From SAR86 cluster bacterium AG-339-G14 (GTDB lineage Bacteria > Pseudomonadota > Gammaproteobacteria > Magnimaribacterales > AG-339-G14): DNA of 64,000 nucleotides. The stretch spans positions 7,119 through 71,118 of the forward strand of contig QCAB01000002.1 in NCBI GenBank assembly GCA_003282105.1, written 5' to 3'. A program made the translations under genes and the position numbers. The notes under the pieces are model-generated. The model did not search any database, was not told the DNA's origin, and saw only the letters and a program-made list of their open reading frames with translations. Positions 49,455 to 57,729 of this stretch are shown piece by piece (position 1 is the stretch's first letter; each line of letters starts with the position of its first letter).

Positions 49455-50966
49455 CTATTGTTTTCTAGACAACAGATACTCCGTTAAAAGTGGAACAGGT
49501 CTTCCGCTAGAAGTTTTACCTACGCGTCCTCCATAAGCAGTACCAGCAATATCTAAATGAGCCCATTTATAAGAGCGAGTAAATCTTGAAAGGAAGCAAG
49601 CTGCAGTAATTGTTCCTGCTCTTCCTCCAATATTTGCGATGTCCGCATATTTACTATTAATATCGCTCTGATATTCATCCCAAAGGGGGAGTTGCCAAGC
49701 TTTGTCGCAACTAGAATATCCGCTTTCTAAAATATTATCAGCTAAATTTTGATCATTGGATAATAAACCTGTTGCTTGATGACCCAAGGCAACTACACAA
49801 GCACCTGTTAGAGTTGCAATGTCTATTACACTTGCTGGTTTAAACCTTTCAATATATGTAAGTGCATCACATAAAACTAACCTACCTTCGGCGTCAGTAT
49901 TTAAAATTTCAACAGTTTGTCCAGACAAGGTATTCACCACATCCCCAGGCTTAGTCGCTGTGCTACTTGGCATGTTTTCAGCTGAAGCCACCACTCCAAT
50001 AATATTCAGTTTAGGCTTAATTTCAGCTATTGCTCTCATAGTTCCAAATACGCTAGCTGAACCTGACATATCATATTTCATTTCGTCCATGTTAGGACTT
50101 GGTTTAATGCTTATACCTCCAGTATCAAAAGTGATTCCTTTGCCAACTATGATATGAGGTTTGGAGGTTTTTTTTCCTCCGGAATACTGCATGATAATAA
50201 ATTTAGATTCTTGAGCACTACCGTTACCGACAGAGAGTAAACAATCCATTCCTAATTTTTTCATTTCTTTCTCACCTAAAACTTTTGTTTTGATTGAAGG
50301 AAAAGTCTTACTTATGAGTTTTGCCTGTTTTGCTAAGTGACTTGGCGTGCATATATTTGCAGGGGTATTTGCAAGATCTTTGGAAGTGTTCATTCCAGCG
50401 CCAATAACATGTCCCATTTTAATAGAAGAAAGTATTTTTGCTTTACTCTCATTACCTGCCAAATTAAGAAAGTTTATTTTTTTTAATTTATTTTTTGGCT
50501 GTGTTTTTTTTCCTTCAAAAAAGTATTGATAACACCCAGACTCTAGGTCTCTGGATAAGATTTTATAAACCCAAGATGGTTTTTTTAATTTGACTTTTAT
50601 TTCGGGAAGGAAAATATCAACGTCTTTAGCATTAGAAGAAATTGTTATTTTAGAAATTGTGCTGCTCAACTGTGAAAATTCGTCTTCATTTAGTTCTTTA
50701 TTTTTTTTACCAAGACCCACAAGAAAAACTTTGTTGGCTTTAAAACCACTCATATCGGGTAAATACAATTGATTTTTTAAAGCTCCCGTAAGCTCTTTTC
50801 TAGTTAAAAGTTTTTTTAGTAAACCAGAGGAGTCGGAATTTAATATTTTTGTAATCTCATTTAAATTTTTGTCCTCATAGATACCGATCACTAAACATTC
50901 TGAGTTTAAACTTTTTAAAGCCTCAATTTTTTTTAAATTCATTGAAATAGAAATTAATTTTTTCAT
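49455..50966 (-). CDS. pepA: Leucyl aminopeptidase (M17)
   Basis: VGKGITFDTGGISIKP and NTDAEGRLVLCDAL motifs. 503 aa if the start is at 50966. An ATG at 50942 (MNLKKIEAL) is an alternative. Confidence 0.93.
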   Translation of the reverse strand: MKKLISISMNLKKIEALKSLNSECLVIGIYEDKNLNEITKILNSDSSGLLKKLLTRKELTGALKNQLYLPDMSGFKANKVFLVGLGKKNKELNEDEFSQLSSTISKITISSNAKDVDIFLPEIKVKLKKPSWVYKILSRDLESGCYQYFFEGKKTQPKNKLKKINFLNLAGNESKAKILSSIKMGHVIGAGMNTSKDLANTPANICTPSHLAKQAKLISKTFPSIKTKVLGEKEMKKLGMDCLLSVGNGSAQESKFIIMQYSGGKKTSKPHIIVGKGITFDTGGISIKPSPNMDEMKYDMSGSASVFGTMRAIAEIKPKLNIIGVVASAENMPSSTATKPGDVVNTLSGQTVEILNTDAEGRLVLCDALTYIERFKPASVIDIATLTGACVVALGHQATGLLSNDQNLADNILESGYSSCDKAWQLPLWDEYQSDINSKYADIANIGGRAGTITAACFLSRFTRSYKWAHLDIAGTAYGGRVGKTSSGRPVPLLTEYLLSRKQ

Positions 50967-51020
50967 TTTTGCTCCAATCTAAATTTGTTAGATAATGTGT
51001 GTAAGATAATTAAAAGTATT

Positions 51021-52187
51021 ATGCCAAAAATTATATCCTTTTATATATTAAACCAATTGCTAAAAACGTTACTTATAACTTTTTTTATACTTTTTGGAAT
51101 ATTATTTTTTAATGAATCTATAGGATTTCTTGAGAAAGCATCAAATGGCGAACTGTACCCTAGTCTTGTAGGTTTAGTTTTAATTTTTTCAATACCTTCG
51201 TTACTAGAAATTGCTATCCCAACGTCTTTGTTCATTGGTACTTTAATTGCCATTTATAATTTAAAAAAAACAAATGAAATAACCTTTGCTAATCAAGCTG
51301 GGTTAAGTGAATCAGGAATAGTATTAATTTGCCTGATTCCATCAATTTTTCTATCCATTTTTCTTATTTTTAATTCTTTCTTTTTAGCTCCCACATCAAA
51401 TCAACAGCTCAGCTTTTTGTCTAAATCTCAATCTTTTGCTGATAATTTTAAACTGATGGGAGAAGGCAAAATTAACGAAATAGAAGAATTGAATGGTATT
51501 TTTTTTGCTGAGGGTGCGTCAGATCTTGGCTTCCAAAACATTTTTGCAAAAATTGAATCAGAAGATTTAAATTACATACTTAATTCTGAGGAGGTTTCTG
51601 CTAATTCAAATGATCAAATTTATAACAAAATTTTATTCAAGAATGGGGAGTTATTTATCCCCCTTGAAGAGAATAACTTTTTTTTAGATTTCGAAAGTCT
51701 TTTTTTCCTTTTTCCAAAAAACGAAATACAAGCAAGCAAAGAAATTAACTCTAAAACTTGGAATGAATTACTTAAAGAGACCGATAACCAAATTTATGTA
51801 TCAGAAATTTTAGAAAGATTCTCATTAGGTTTGATGTTAATTATATCTGTGATGATTGCTGCACCTCTTAGCTTAAGAATGCAGGAAAACGGTAGATTTA
51901 TTTTGGTCTTTTCAGGCTTGGTAATTTTTTTATCGTACTATGGCCTAGTGATAGGCCAAAAAGCCTTTATTGAGGAGAATATTTTTAAACCCATGCAAAT
52001 TTTTTATATAATTCATGGCTTATTTGCAATGCTAGCAATATTCCTTTTCGGGTTTGAAAGATTTATTTTTAATTTCAATTCAGTTATCGCCAAAAAATAT
52101 TCTAAAAAGTGGTTCTTACAACTTTTGTTGCTCGTAATTTTAGTTTCGGTAATTTTCAATATCATTTTTTATGAGGTTATAAGTTGA
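51021..52187 (+). CDS. lptF: LPS export ABC transporter permease LptF
   Basis: YjgP/YjgQ family. MPKIISFYILNQLLKTLL aligns with E. coli MIIIRYLVRETLKSQL. Divergent from pepA as in E. coli. The ORF-track TTG at 50985 is rejected. Confidence 0.85.
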   Translation: MPKIISFYILNQLLKTLLITFFILFGILFFNESIGFLEKASNGELYPSLVGLVLIFSIPSLLEIAIPTSLFIGTLIAIYNLKKTNEITFANQAGLSESGIVLICLIPSIFLSIFLIFNSFFLAPTSNQQLSFLSKSQSFADNFKLMGEGKINEIEELNGIFFAEGASDLGFQNIFAKIESEDLNYILNSEEVSANSNDQIYNKILFKNGELFIPLEENNFFLDFESLFFLFPKNEIQASKEINSKTWNELLKETDNQIYVSEILERFSLGLMLIISVMIAAPLSLRMQENGRFILVFSGLVIFLSYYGLVIGQKAFIEENIFKPMQIFYIIHGLFAMLAIFLFGFERFIFNFNSVIAKKYSKKWFLQLLLLVILVSVIFNIIFYEVIS

Positions 52188-53209
52188 AAGCAATTTTTGG
52201 AGACACTATGGACAAGATATTCTTTTGGGAATCTTTAAAAATTCTTTTTTTTGTATGTTTCTTAGTTCTTTCTTTGGACTTGCTTTTAAATCTTGTAAAA
52301 GAGTTAGAAGACTTAAATAACGATTACAGCTTTGGAAAAATGTTCAAATATCTTTTTTTAATTTCGTTGGGAAGATTATGTGAAATTTTACCCCTGTGCG
52401 CTGTCATTTCAGCTATTTTAACTTTTGGGTTTTTAAGCGACTCGGGAGAATTAATTGCAGCACAAATTTTAGGAAAATCATTAAGTAGTAGTGTTTTGAA
52501 TATTTTGAAACCCATCATTATTGTTTTATTTTTAACCTTATTAAGTTTTGAATTTTTCACTCCAACTCTAGAAAGTGCAGCAAATAACTTGAAATATAAA
52601 AAAGAAGAAATTGTTAAAACTTCTCAATGGATCCAAAAAGACAATGTTATGGCTAATTTTTCTTTTGAAAAAAGTCGCGGCTCTGACGTTATCCTTTATT
52701 TTTTAGGTCCAGATAAAAAACTTTCAACTATAGTTGAAGCTGAATCTTTTGAAGTTCAAGAAGACAGTTGGCAATTAAATAATGCTTTTGAAAATATCAA
52801 TAAAAAAGAGTTCGAAGCTTTTTATTGGAAAAATGCACCTGTCGTAGGGATTAATGAAAAATTAGGGCTCAAAGAAATGTCTCTCTCTCAGGTTTTTAAA
52901 ATTCTCACCCAAACTGGACCGGAAAGAGAAAGAAAAAAAATTTCATACGAATTTTGGAAAAAACTTCTTGAACCATTTTCTGCGATTGCAATAATTTTAT
53001 TATCTTTATCATTATCGCTTATTTTATTTTCAAAAAATAAAAATCTCGAGCGACTTCTTTTTGGTTCTCTAATGGCTTTTGGTTTCAATTTGATATTAAA
53101 GATTTTTGGAAACATAGCAATCATTAACAATGTTTCACCATCTTTGGCGATACTTCTTCCTTCGCTTTTAGTAGCTCTAATCGGAATAAGAATGTTAAAA
53201 CTTAATTGA
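52184..53209 (+). CDS. lptG: LPS export ABC transporter permease LptG
   Basis: Second YjgP/YjgQ permease after lptF. The TTG at 52184 is fused to the lptF stop (TTGA). ATG at 52208 is an alternative start. Confidence 0.82.
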   Translation: MKAIFGDTMDKIFFWESLKILFFVCFLVLSLDLLLNLVKELEDLNNDYSFGKMFKYLFLISLGRLCEILPLCAVISAILTFGFLSDSGELIAAQILGKSLSSSVLNILKPIIIVLFLTLLSFEFFTPTLESAANNLKYKKEEIVKTSQWIQKDNVMANFSFEKSRGSDVILYFLGPDKKLSTIVEAESFEVQEDSWQLNNAFENINKKEFEAFYWKNAPVVGINEKLGLKEMSLSQVFKILTQTGPERERKKISYEFWKKLLEPFSAIAIILLSLSLSLILFSKNKNLERLLFGSLMAFGFNLILKIFGNIAIINNVSPSLAILLPSLLVALIGIRMLKLN

Positions 53210-53645
53210 TTTTTATTGTTTTAGTTTTTGACAATAAATCATTGATAGATTTTTTGTCTTTATTAAAAAAAATAAACAAATAATTTGACCCAAAAGCTAA
53301 ATTGAAAACAAATCCTAATAAGCTTCTATAAATAAGATTTTTTGTAGAGGGTTCGTTATTTTCATCTCCAACTATCCTTATTTTCCAGACTTGCATTCCT
53401 AATGTTTGCCCTTTGTTTACCTTCCAGAAATAAGTGAAAAAAATCACGCCTAGGGTTAAGTAAGAAAATTGTAAAAATATTCTTTCTGAAATACTTTCAA
53501 AAGTACCTCCAAATACTAAAGTAATTATAAGCAAGTATCCCAATATAATTCCAGCTAATAACAGGCTATCGTAGAAAAGAGCTAAGATTCTTCTTAGAAA
53601 GCTAGCTGGTTTATATTCTTCTCTTAATGACTCCTCAATTGTCAT
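53202..53645 (-). CDS. RDD family membrane protein
   Basis: 147 aa. N-terminal ASFLRRILALFYDSLLLAGII (R..D..D pattern) and three hydrophobic segments. Overlaps the dapD 3' end by 11 nt. Confidence 0.7.
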   Translation of the reverse strand: MTIEESLREEYKPASFLRRILALFYDSLLLAGIILGYLLIITLVFGGTFESISERIFLQFSYLTLGVIFFTYFWKVNKGQTLGMQVWKIRIVGDENNEPSTKNLIYRSLLGFVFNLAFGSNYLFIFFNKDKKSINDLLSKTKTIKIN

Positions 53646-54543
53646 GCAAATCTTTATTGAGCTTATTTACATTTTTATTTTTTTTACATTGGATAGCGCC
53701 AGTCAATGAATTTCTTAAAAATAAAAGATCAGGTTTATTTGCTAACTCGCTGGCTTTCAAAGAAGTTTCTACATCTCCATTTTCGTTAAGAATTTCAACT
53801 TTTGAACCACTTGTTAAATATAATCCTGCCTCTATGGTGCATCTATCACCCAAAGGAATACCAAGCCCGGAATTTGCTCCTAAAAGGCAATTTTTTCCAA
53901 CAGAAATTTTTATTTCATTTCCTCCTGAAAGGGTACCCATAGTAGACGCGCCTCCTCCAATATCAGAATTTTCGGCTACTATAACTCCTTGGGAAATTCT
54001 TCCTTCAACCATGGCTTCACCAAGCGTTCCAGAATTAAAGTTTACGAATCCTTCATGCATTACAGTAGTACCTGGGCCAAGATACGCTCCAAGTCTTACA
54101 CGACTTGCGTCTGCAATTCTGACATCACTCAAAGAAACGTAGTCGGTCAAACTAGGAAACTTATCTATGGAGAAAACCTTAACTGGAACCCCTTTTCCTT
54201 TATTTTCATAAAGAAAATTAGAGAGCTCTTCAGCATCAACCGGCCCAAGAGATGTCCAAGCAACATTTGGAAGAATATTAAAAATACCATCTAAGTTTGT
54301 TTCATTTGGCTTAACTTTTCTTAATGATAATAAATGAAGTTTTAGATAAGCTTCACTGACTGATTCAGGCGGCTTATCATCTGATACAAAAACTATTTCA
54401 AATTTTTTAATAATTTCATCATCGGGATCAACGACTACATTCGACGTTTCTATTATGTTTTCTGGAGCGAAATACATTTCAATATAGGCACCTTTATTGT
54501 TTTTGGTACCCAAGCCATAACCTCGCCAAGTCTTATTTGTCAT
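53635..54543 (-). CDS. dapD: Tetrahydrodipicolinate N-succinyltransferase (Pseudomonas-type long form)
   Basis: EAYLKLHLLS, NILPNVAWT and C-terminal hexapeptide repeats (GTTVMHEGFVNFNSGTLG...). ATGA overlap with the upstream aminotransferase. Confidence 0.85.
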   Translation of the reverse strand: MTNKTWRGYGLGTKNNKGAYIEMYFAPENIIETSNVVVDPDDEIIKKFEIVFVSDDKPPESVSEAYLKLHLLSLRKVKPNETNLDGIFNILPNVAWTSLGPVDAEELSNFLYENKGKGVPVKVFSIDKFPSLTDYVSLSDVRIADASRVRLGAYLGPGTTVMHEGFVNFNSGTLGEAMVEGRISQGVIVAENSDIGGGASTMGTLSGGNEIKISVGKNCLLGANSGLGIPLGDRCTIEAGLYLTSGSKVEILNENGDVETSLKASELANKPDLLFLRNSLTGAIQCKKNKNVNKLNKDLHDN

Positions 54544-55706
54544 AAAATTTCTGAAATTTTTTCTAAAGCCTCTTCAACGATTTTTTTGTTGTGGACTAAA
54601 GCAATTCTTACATAGTTCTCAGCAGGATTCTTGCCATTTTTGGAAACAGCAAGATATTTTCCAGGAAGAGTAACAATATTTTTTTCAATAAATAAAGTTT
54701 TAGAAAATTTTTCACCATCTTCAGTTTTTAACCACATATAAAAAGCTCCTTCGGGAGCATCATAATTAAGAATTTTTTTTGCAAGTTCAAAATTTTCTTT
54801 GTAAAAATCTCTATTCTTAAATACTGTTTTTTCATCCTTCCAAGCAGCGGAACTTGCCATCTGAATTGGTAAAGGGATGCTTACCCCGTGAAAGGCTCTG
54901 TATTTTTTAAAATTTTTTATGAGTTTTTTGTCTCCACAAATCATTCCAGATCTAAATCCCGGTAGGTTTGATCTTTTGGATAAACTATGAAGAGAAACAA
55001 TATTTTTCATGTTTCCATACTTTTCAATAGATACTTGAATAAAACTTTCTGGAGGTTTTTTACGATAGATATCTATGTAACATTCATCGCTGACAATATA
55101 AAAATTATATTTCCTAGAAAGTTTAATAACTTTTAAAATTTCTTCTTTTTCCATGACGCTTCCTGTGGGATTGGAAGGGGAGCACATTATTAGAAGTTGA
55201 CACTTTTGCCACTGGCTTTCACTTACAGAGTCTAGGTCAAGGATAAAATCTTTTTCTTCATTTAGATTTATATGTTTAGAAATTGCACCAGCAAATAAAG
55301 ACGCGCCTCCATAAATTTGATAGAAAGGATTTGGCATAAAAATAAATGGTTTTTTTGATTTTAAAGATCTGTTAAATAAAGATTGAATTACTGAAAAGGT
55401 GCCTTCTCTAGTTCCACCCAAATTTAAAATATTTTCATTTTCGATATTTGAAACACCAAATCTTTTATTCAAATATGTCTTATAACTATCGGTTAGTTCT
55501 CGAATACTTTCAATTGGAGGGTATTGAGAAAAAAGGTTTTCATTTTTTTTTAGGATTTTTAAGATTTCTTTGTTTGAATTTTGCTTCGGTTCTCCGATAG
55601 ATAAATTTATAAAATCGTTTTTATTTTTTTTTGGTGACGATTTGCCCAAAAGATTTCGCAATCTATCAAATGGATAAGAATTTACTTCAGAAATAAGAGG
55701 GTTCAT
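54540..55706 (-). CDS. dapC: Class I PLP aminotransferase, probable succinyldiaminopimelate transaminase
   Basis: SLSKRSNLPGFRSG contains the PLP-lysine motif typical of beta/gamma-proteobacterial DapC. Translationally coupled to dapD. Confidence 0.6.
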   Translation of the reverse strand: MNPLISEVNSYPFDRLRNLLGKSSPKKNKNDFINLSIGEPKQNSNKEILKILKKNENLFSQYPPIESIRELTDSYKTYLNKRFGVSNIENENILNLGGTREGTFSVIQSLFNRSLKSKKPFIFMPNPFYQIYGGASLFAGAISKHINLNEEKDFILDLDSVSESQWQKCQLLIMCSPSNPTGSVMEKEEILKVIKLSRKYNFYIVSDECYIDIYRKKPPESFIQVSIEKYGNMKNIVSLHSLSKRSNLPGFRSGMICGDKKLIKNFKKYRAFHGVSIPLPIQMASSAAWKDEKTVFKNRDFYKENFELAKKILNYDAPEGAFYMWLKTEDGEKFSKTLFIEKNIVTLPGKYLAVSKNGKNPAENYVRIALVHNKKIVEEALEKISEIL

Positions 55707-56470
55707 TGTATTGATTCTTCTTCACGAATTGTTAGAACTTCGAAACCATCAGGGGTAACTAATATTGTATGCTCCCATTGAGCGGAAAGCCTCCCATCAA
55801 GTGTTTCAACTGTCCAGCCATCCTGTTTAGATAATTTAGTTTCATGTGTTCCAATATTAATCATTGGCTCTATCGTAAAACACATTCCCTCTTTTAAAGC
55901 TAAACCAGTATTTGGCTGACCATAATGAAGTACTTGAGGATCCTCGTGAAAGACTCTTCCAATTCCATGACCACAATAGTCTCTTACAACAGAATAATGA
56001 TTATTTTCTGCAATTGTCTGAATCTTGTGTCCAATGTCTCCAAGTCGTACTCCCGGACGAACAATTTTGATGGCTTCGTACATGCATTTTTGAGTCGTTT
56101 CCACTAATTTTTTAGTATGGGGCTTTTCTTTTCCAACAAAAAACATTTTGCTCGTATCTCCATGGAACCCGTCTTTGATAACGGTTACGTCGATATTCAT
56201 TATGTCACCGTTTTTTAAAATTTTTGTTTCACTTGGAATTCCATGACATACCACTTGATTGACAGAAGTGCAGATAGATTTAGGGAAGCCTTTATAATTG
56301 AGCGGTGCTGGAATACATCTTTGGTCTTCCGTGATGAATTTATGACAAATGCTATCAAGTTCTCCTGTACTTACACCAGGCTTGATGAATTCTTCGATCA
56401 TTTCAAGAGTTTTAGCAGCTATTTTGCCCGCTTCTCTCATTTTTTTTATGTCTTCTGAGCTTTTTATCAT
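55703..56470 (-). CDS. map: Methionine aminopeptidase type I
   Basis: VCHGIP, DIMNIDVTV, GHGIGRVFHE and EHTILVT metal-ligand motifs; 255 aa. Confidence 0.95.
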   Translation of the reverse strand: MIKSSEDIKKMREAGKIAAKTLEMIEEFIKPGVSTGELDSICHKFITEDQRCIPAPLNYKGFPKSICTSVNQVVCHGIPSETKILKNGDIMNIDVTVIKDGFHGDTSKMFFVGKEKPHTKKLVETTQKCMYEAIKIVRPGVRLGDIGHKIQTIAENNHYSVVRDYCGHGIGRVFHEDPQVLHYGQPNTGLALKEGMCFTIEPMINIGTHETKLSKQDGWTVETLDGRLSAQWEHTILVTPDGFEVLTIREEESIQ

Positions 56471-56550
56471 TTTCTTTAAAGATATCCATGGACTAAACGT
56501 CTATATTTCATTATAGTCGTTTTTTAATGCAATCGGCATTAGACGTAACT

Positions 56551-56591
56551 ATCGCGATACTTAGAGTTTCTTCTATGTCGCGATTTTTTTT
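56551..56591 (+). terminator. Terminator-like hairpin plus T8 in the carA leader (candidate attenuator)
   Basis: ATCGCGA (56551-56557) pairs with TCGCGAT (56578-56584). The stem extends through interrupted pairs to a TTTC loop, and T8 (56584-56591) follows directly. It lies 11 nt upstream of the carA TTG, and no co-directional gene lies upstream. Confidence 0.5.
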
Positions 56592-56602
56592 AATCAATAG
56601 CT

Positions 56603-57724
56603 TTGAATAATAAAAAAAATAAAGAAGCAAAACTCACTTTAAAATCTGGGCATATTTTTTTTGGAGAGATTTTTGGTTCTGATGAGCCTCAAGTCGGAGA
56701 GATTATTTTCAACACTTCTATGTCGGGATACCAAGAGGTAATAACCGATCTTTCTTATACAGATCAGATTGTTTGTTTCACTTATCCACATATTGGCAAT
56801 GTTGGTACAAACAATCAAGACCTAGAATCTTTCAATGGTGGGTGTAAAGGGATTGTCATAAGAGAGCAGACAAAATTCACAAGCAACTGGCGGAATGAAG
56901 AAAGCCTGAATAGTTTTTTAAAAAAGAAAAAAATTATTGGTATTGCTGGAATTGATACCAGAAAACTTACAAGAATTTTAAGAGAGGAGGGCTCACAACC
57001 TGCAGTGATTTCGAAAGAGAATCTCTCTAACACTAAAATTAACTCGATGTTTAATTCATTTGGAGATCTCAAAGGAAAGGATTTAGCGCAAAAGGTAACT
57101 TGCACCGACAAATATGTTTGGAAAGAAGGAACGGAAAATGAAAATTCAAAAAAAAATATTCTCAAAGTAGTTGCATATGATTTTGGAGTGAAACATAACA
57201 TTTTGCGTCTTTTAGTGGATAGAGGATGCGAGGTGATTGTAGTTTCAGCAAAAACTTCGGCTGAAGAAGTTTTGAAAATGAAGCCAGATGGTATTTTTCT
57301 ATCAAACGGTCCTGGGGACCCAGATCCTTGTAGATACGCTATAGATGCAATCAAGGTTTTCTTGAAAAAAAAGATACCAATTTTTGGAATTTGTTTAGGT
57401 CATCAATTACTAGGACTTGCTCTTGGATTAAAGACAGAAAAAATGAAATTTGGACATCATGGTGCTAACCATCCGGTGAAAGACCTAAAAACTAATGAAG
57501 TATATATAACAAGTCAAAACCATGGGTTTACTGTTAGTGATAGTAGCGTCAAAAATAATAATAACGTTGAGGTTACCCATAGATCTTTGTTTGATAACAC
57601 AATACAAGGAATTTCTTACGATGAAGGTAAAGTATTTGGGTTTCAAGGGCATCCAGAAGCTAGCCCTGGACCACAGGACATTAGAAGATTGTTTGATAAG
57701 TTTATTCAGAACATGGTTATTTAA
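56603..57724 (+). CDS. carA: Carbamoyl-phosphate synthase small (glutaminase) subunit
   Basis: [17 protein letters not shown] aligns with E. coli ALLVLEDGTQFHGRAIG. Active-site [14 protein letters not shown] start, as in E. coli carA. No SD. Confidence 0.93.
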   Translation: MNNKKNKEAKLTLKSGHIFFGEIFGSDEPQVGEIIFNTSMSGYQEVITDLSYTDQIVCFTYPHIGNVGTNNQDLESFNGGCKGIVIREQTKFTSNWRNEESLNSFLKKKKIIGIAGIDTRKLTRILREEGSQPAVISKENLSNTKINSMFNSFGDLKGKDLAQKVTCTDKYVWKEGTENENSKKNILKVVAYDFGVKHNILRLLVDRGCEVIVVSAKTSAEEVLKMKPDGIFLSNGPGDPDPCRYAIDAIKVFLKKKIPIFGICLGHQLLGLALGLKTEKMKFGHHGANHPVKDLKTNEVYITSQNHGFTVSDSSVKNNNNVEVTHRSLFDNTIQGISYDEGKVFGFQGHPEASPGPQDIRRLFDKFIQNMVI

Positions 57725-57729
57725 AAAAA

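Noticed and set aside
53627-54142. 171-codon plus-strand ORF overlapping the RDD-family gene start and the dapD 3' half.
   Set aside because: It is a shadow ORF opposite the hexapeptide-repeat region of dapD. It is Pro/Ser-rich with no motif or SD, and dapD homology on the minus strand is unambiguous.
56815-57354. 179-codon ORF antisense to carA, the longest unexplained ORF in the track.
   Set aside because: It lies entirely inside the well-supported carA frame. The protein is low-complexity with no recognisable motif. In this relative frame, antisense stops require specific sense dicodons (Tyr/His/Gln codons after a codon ending in a pyrimidine), so long shadow ORFs arise by chance.
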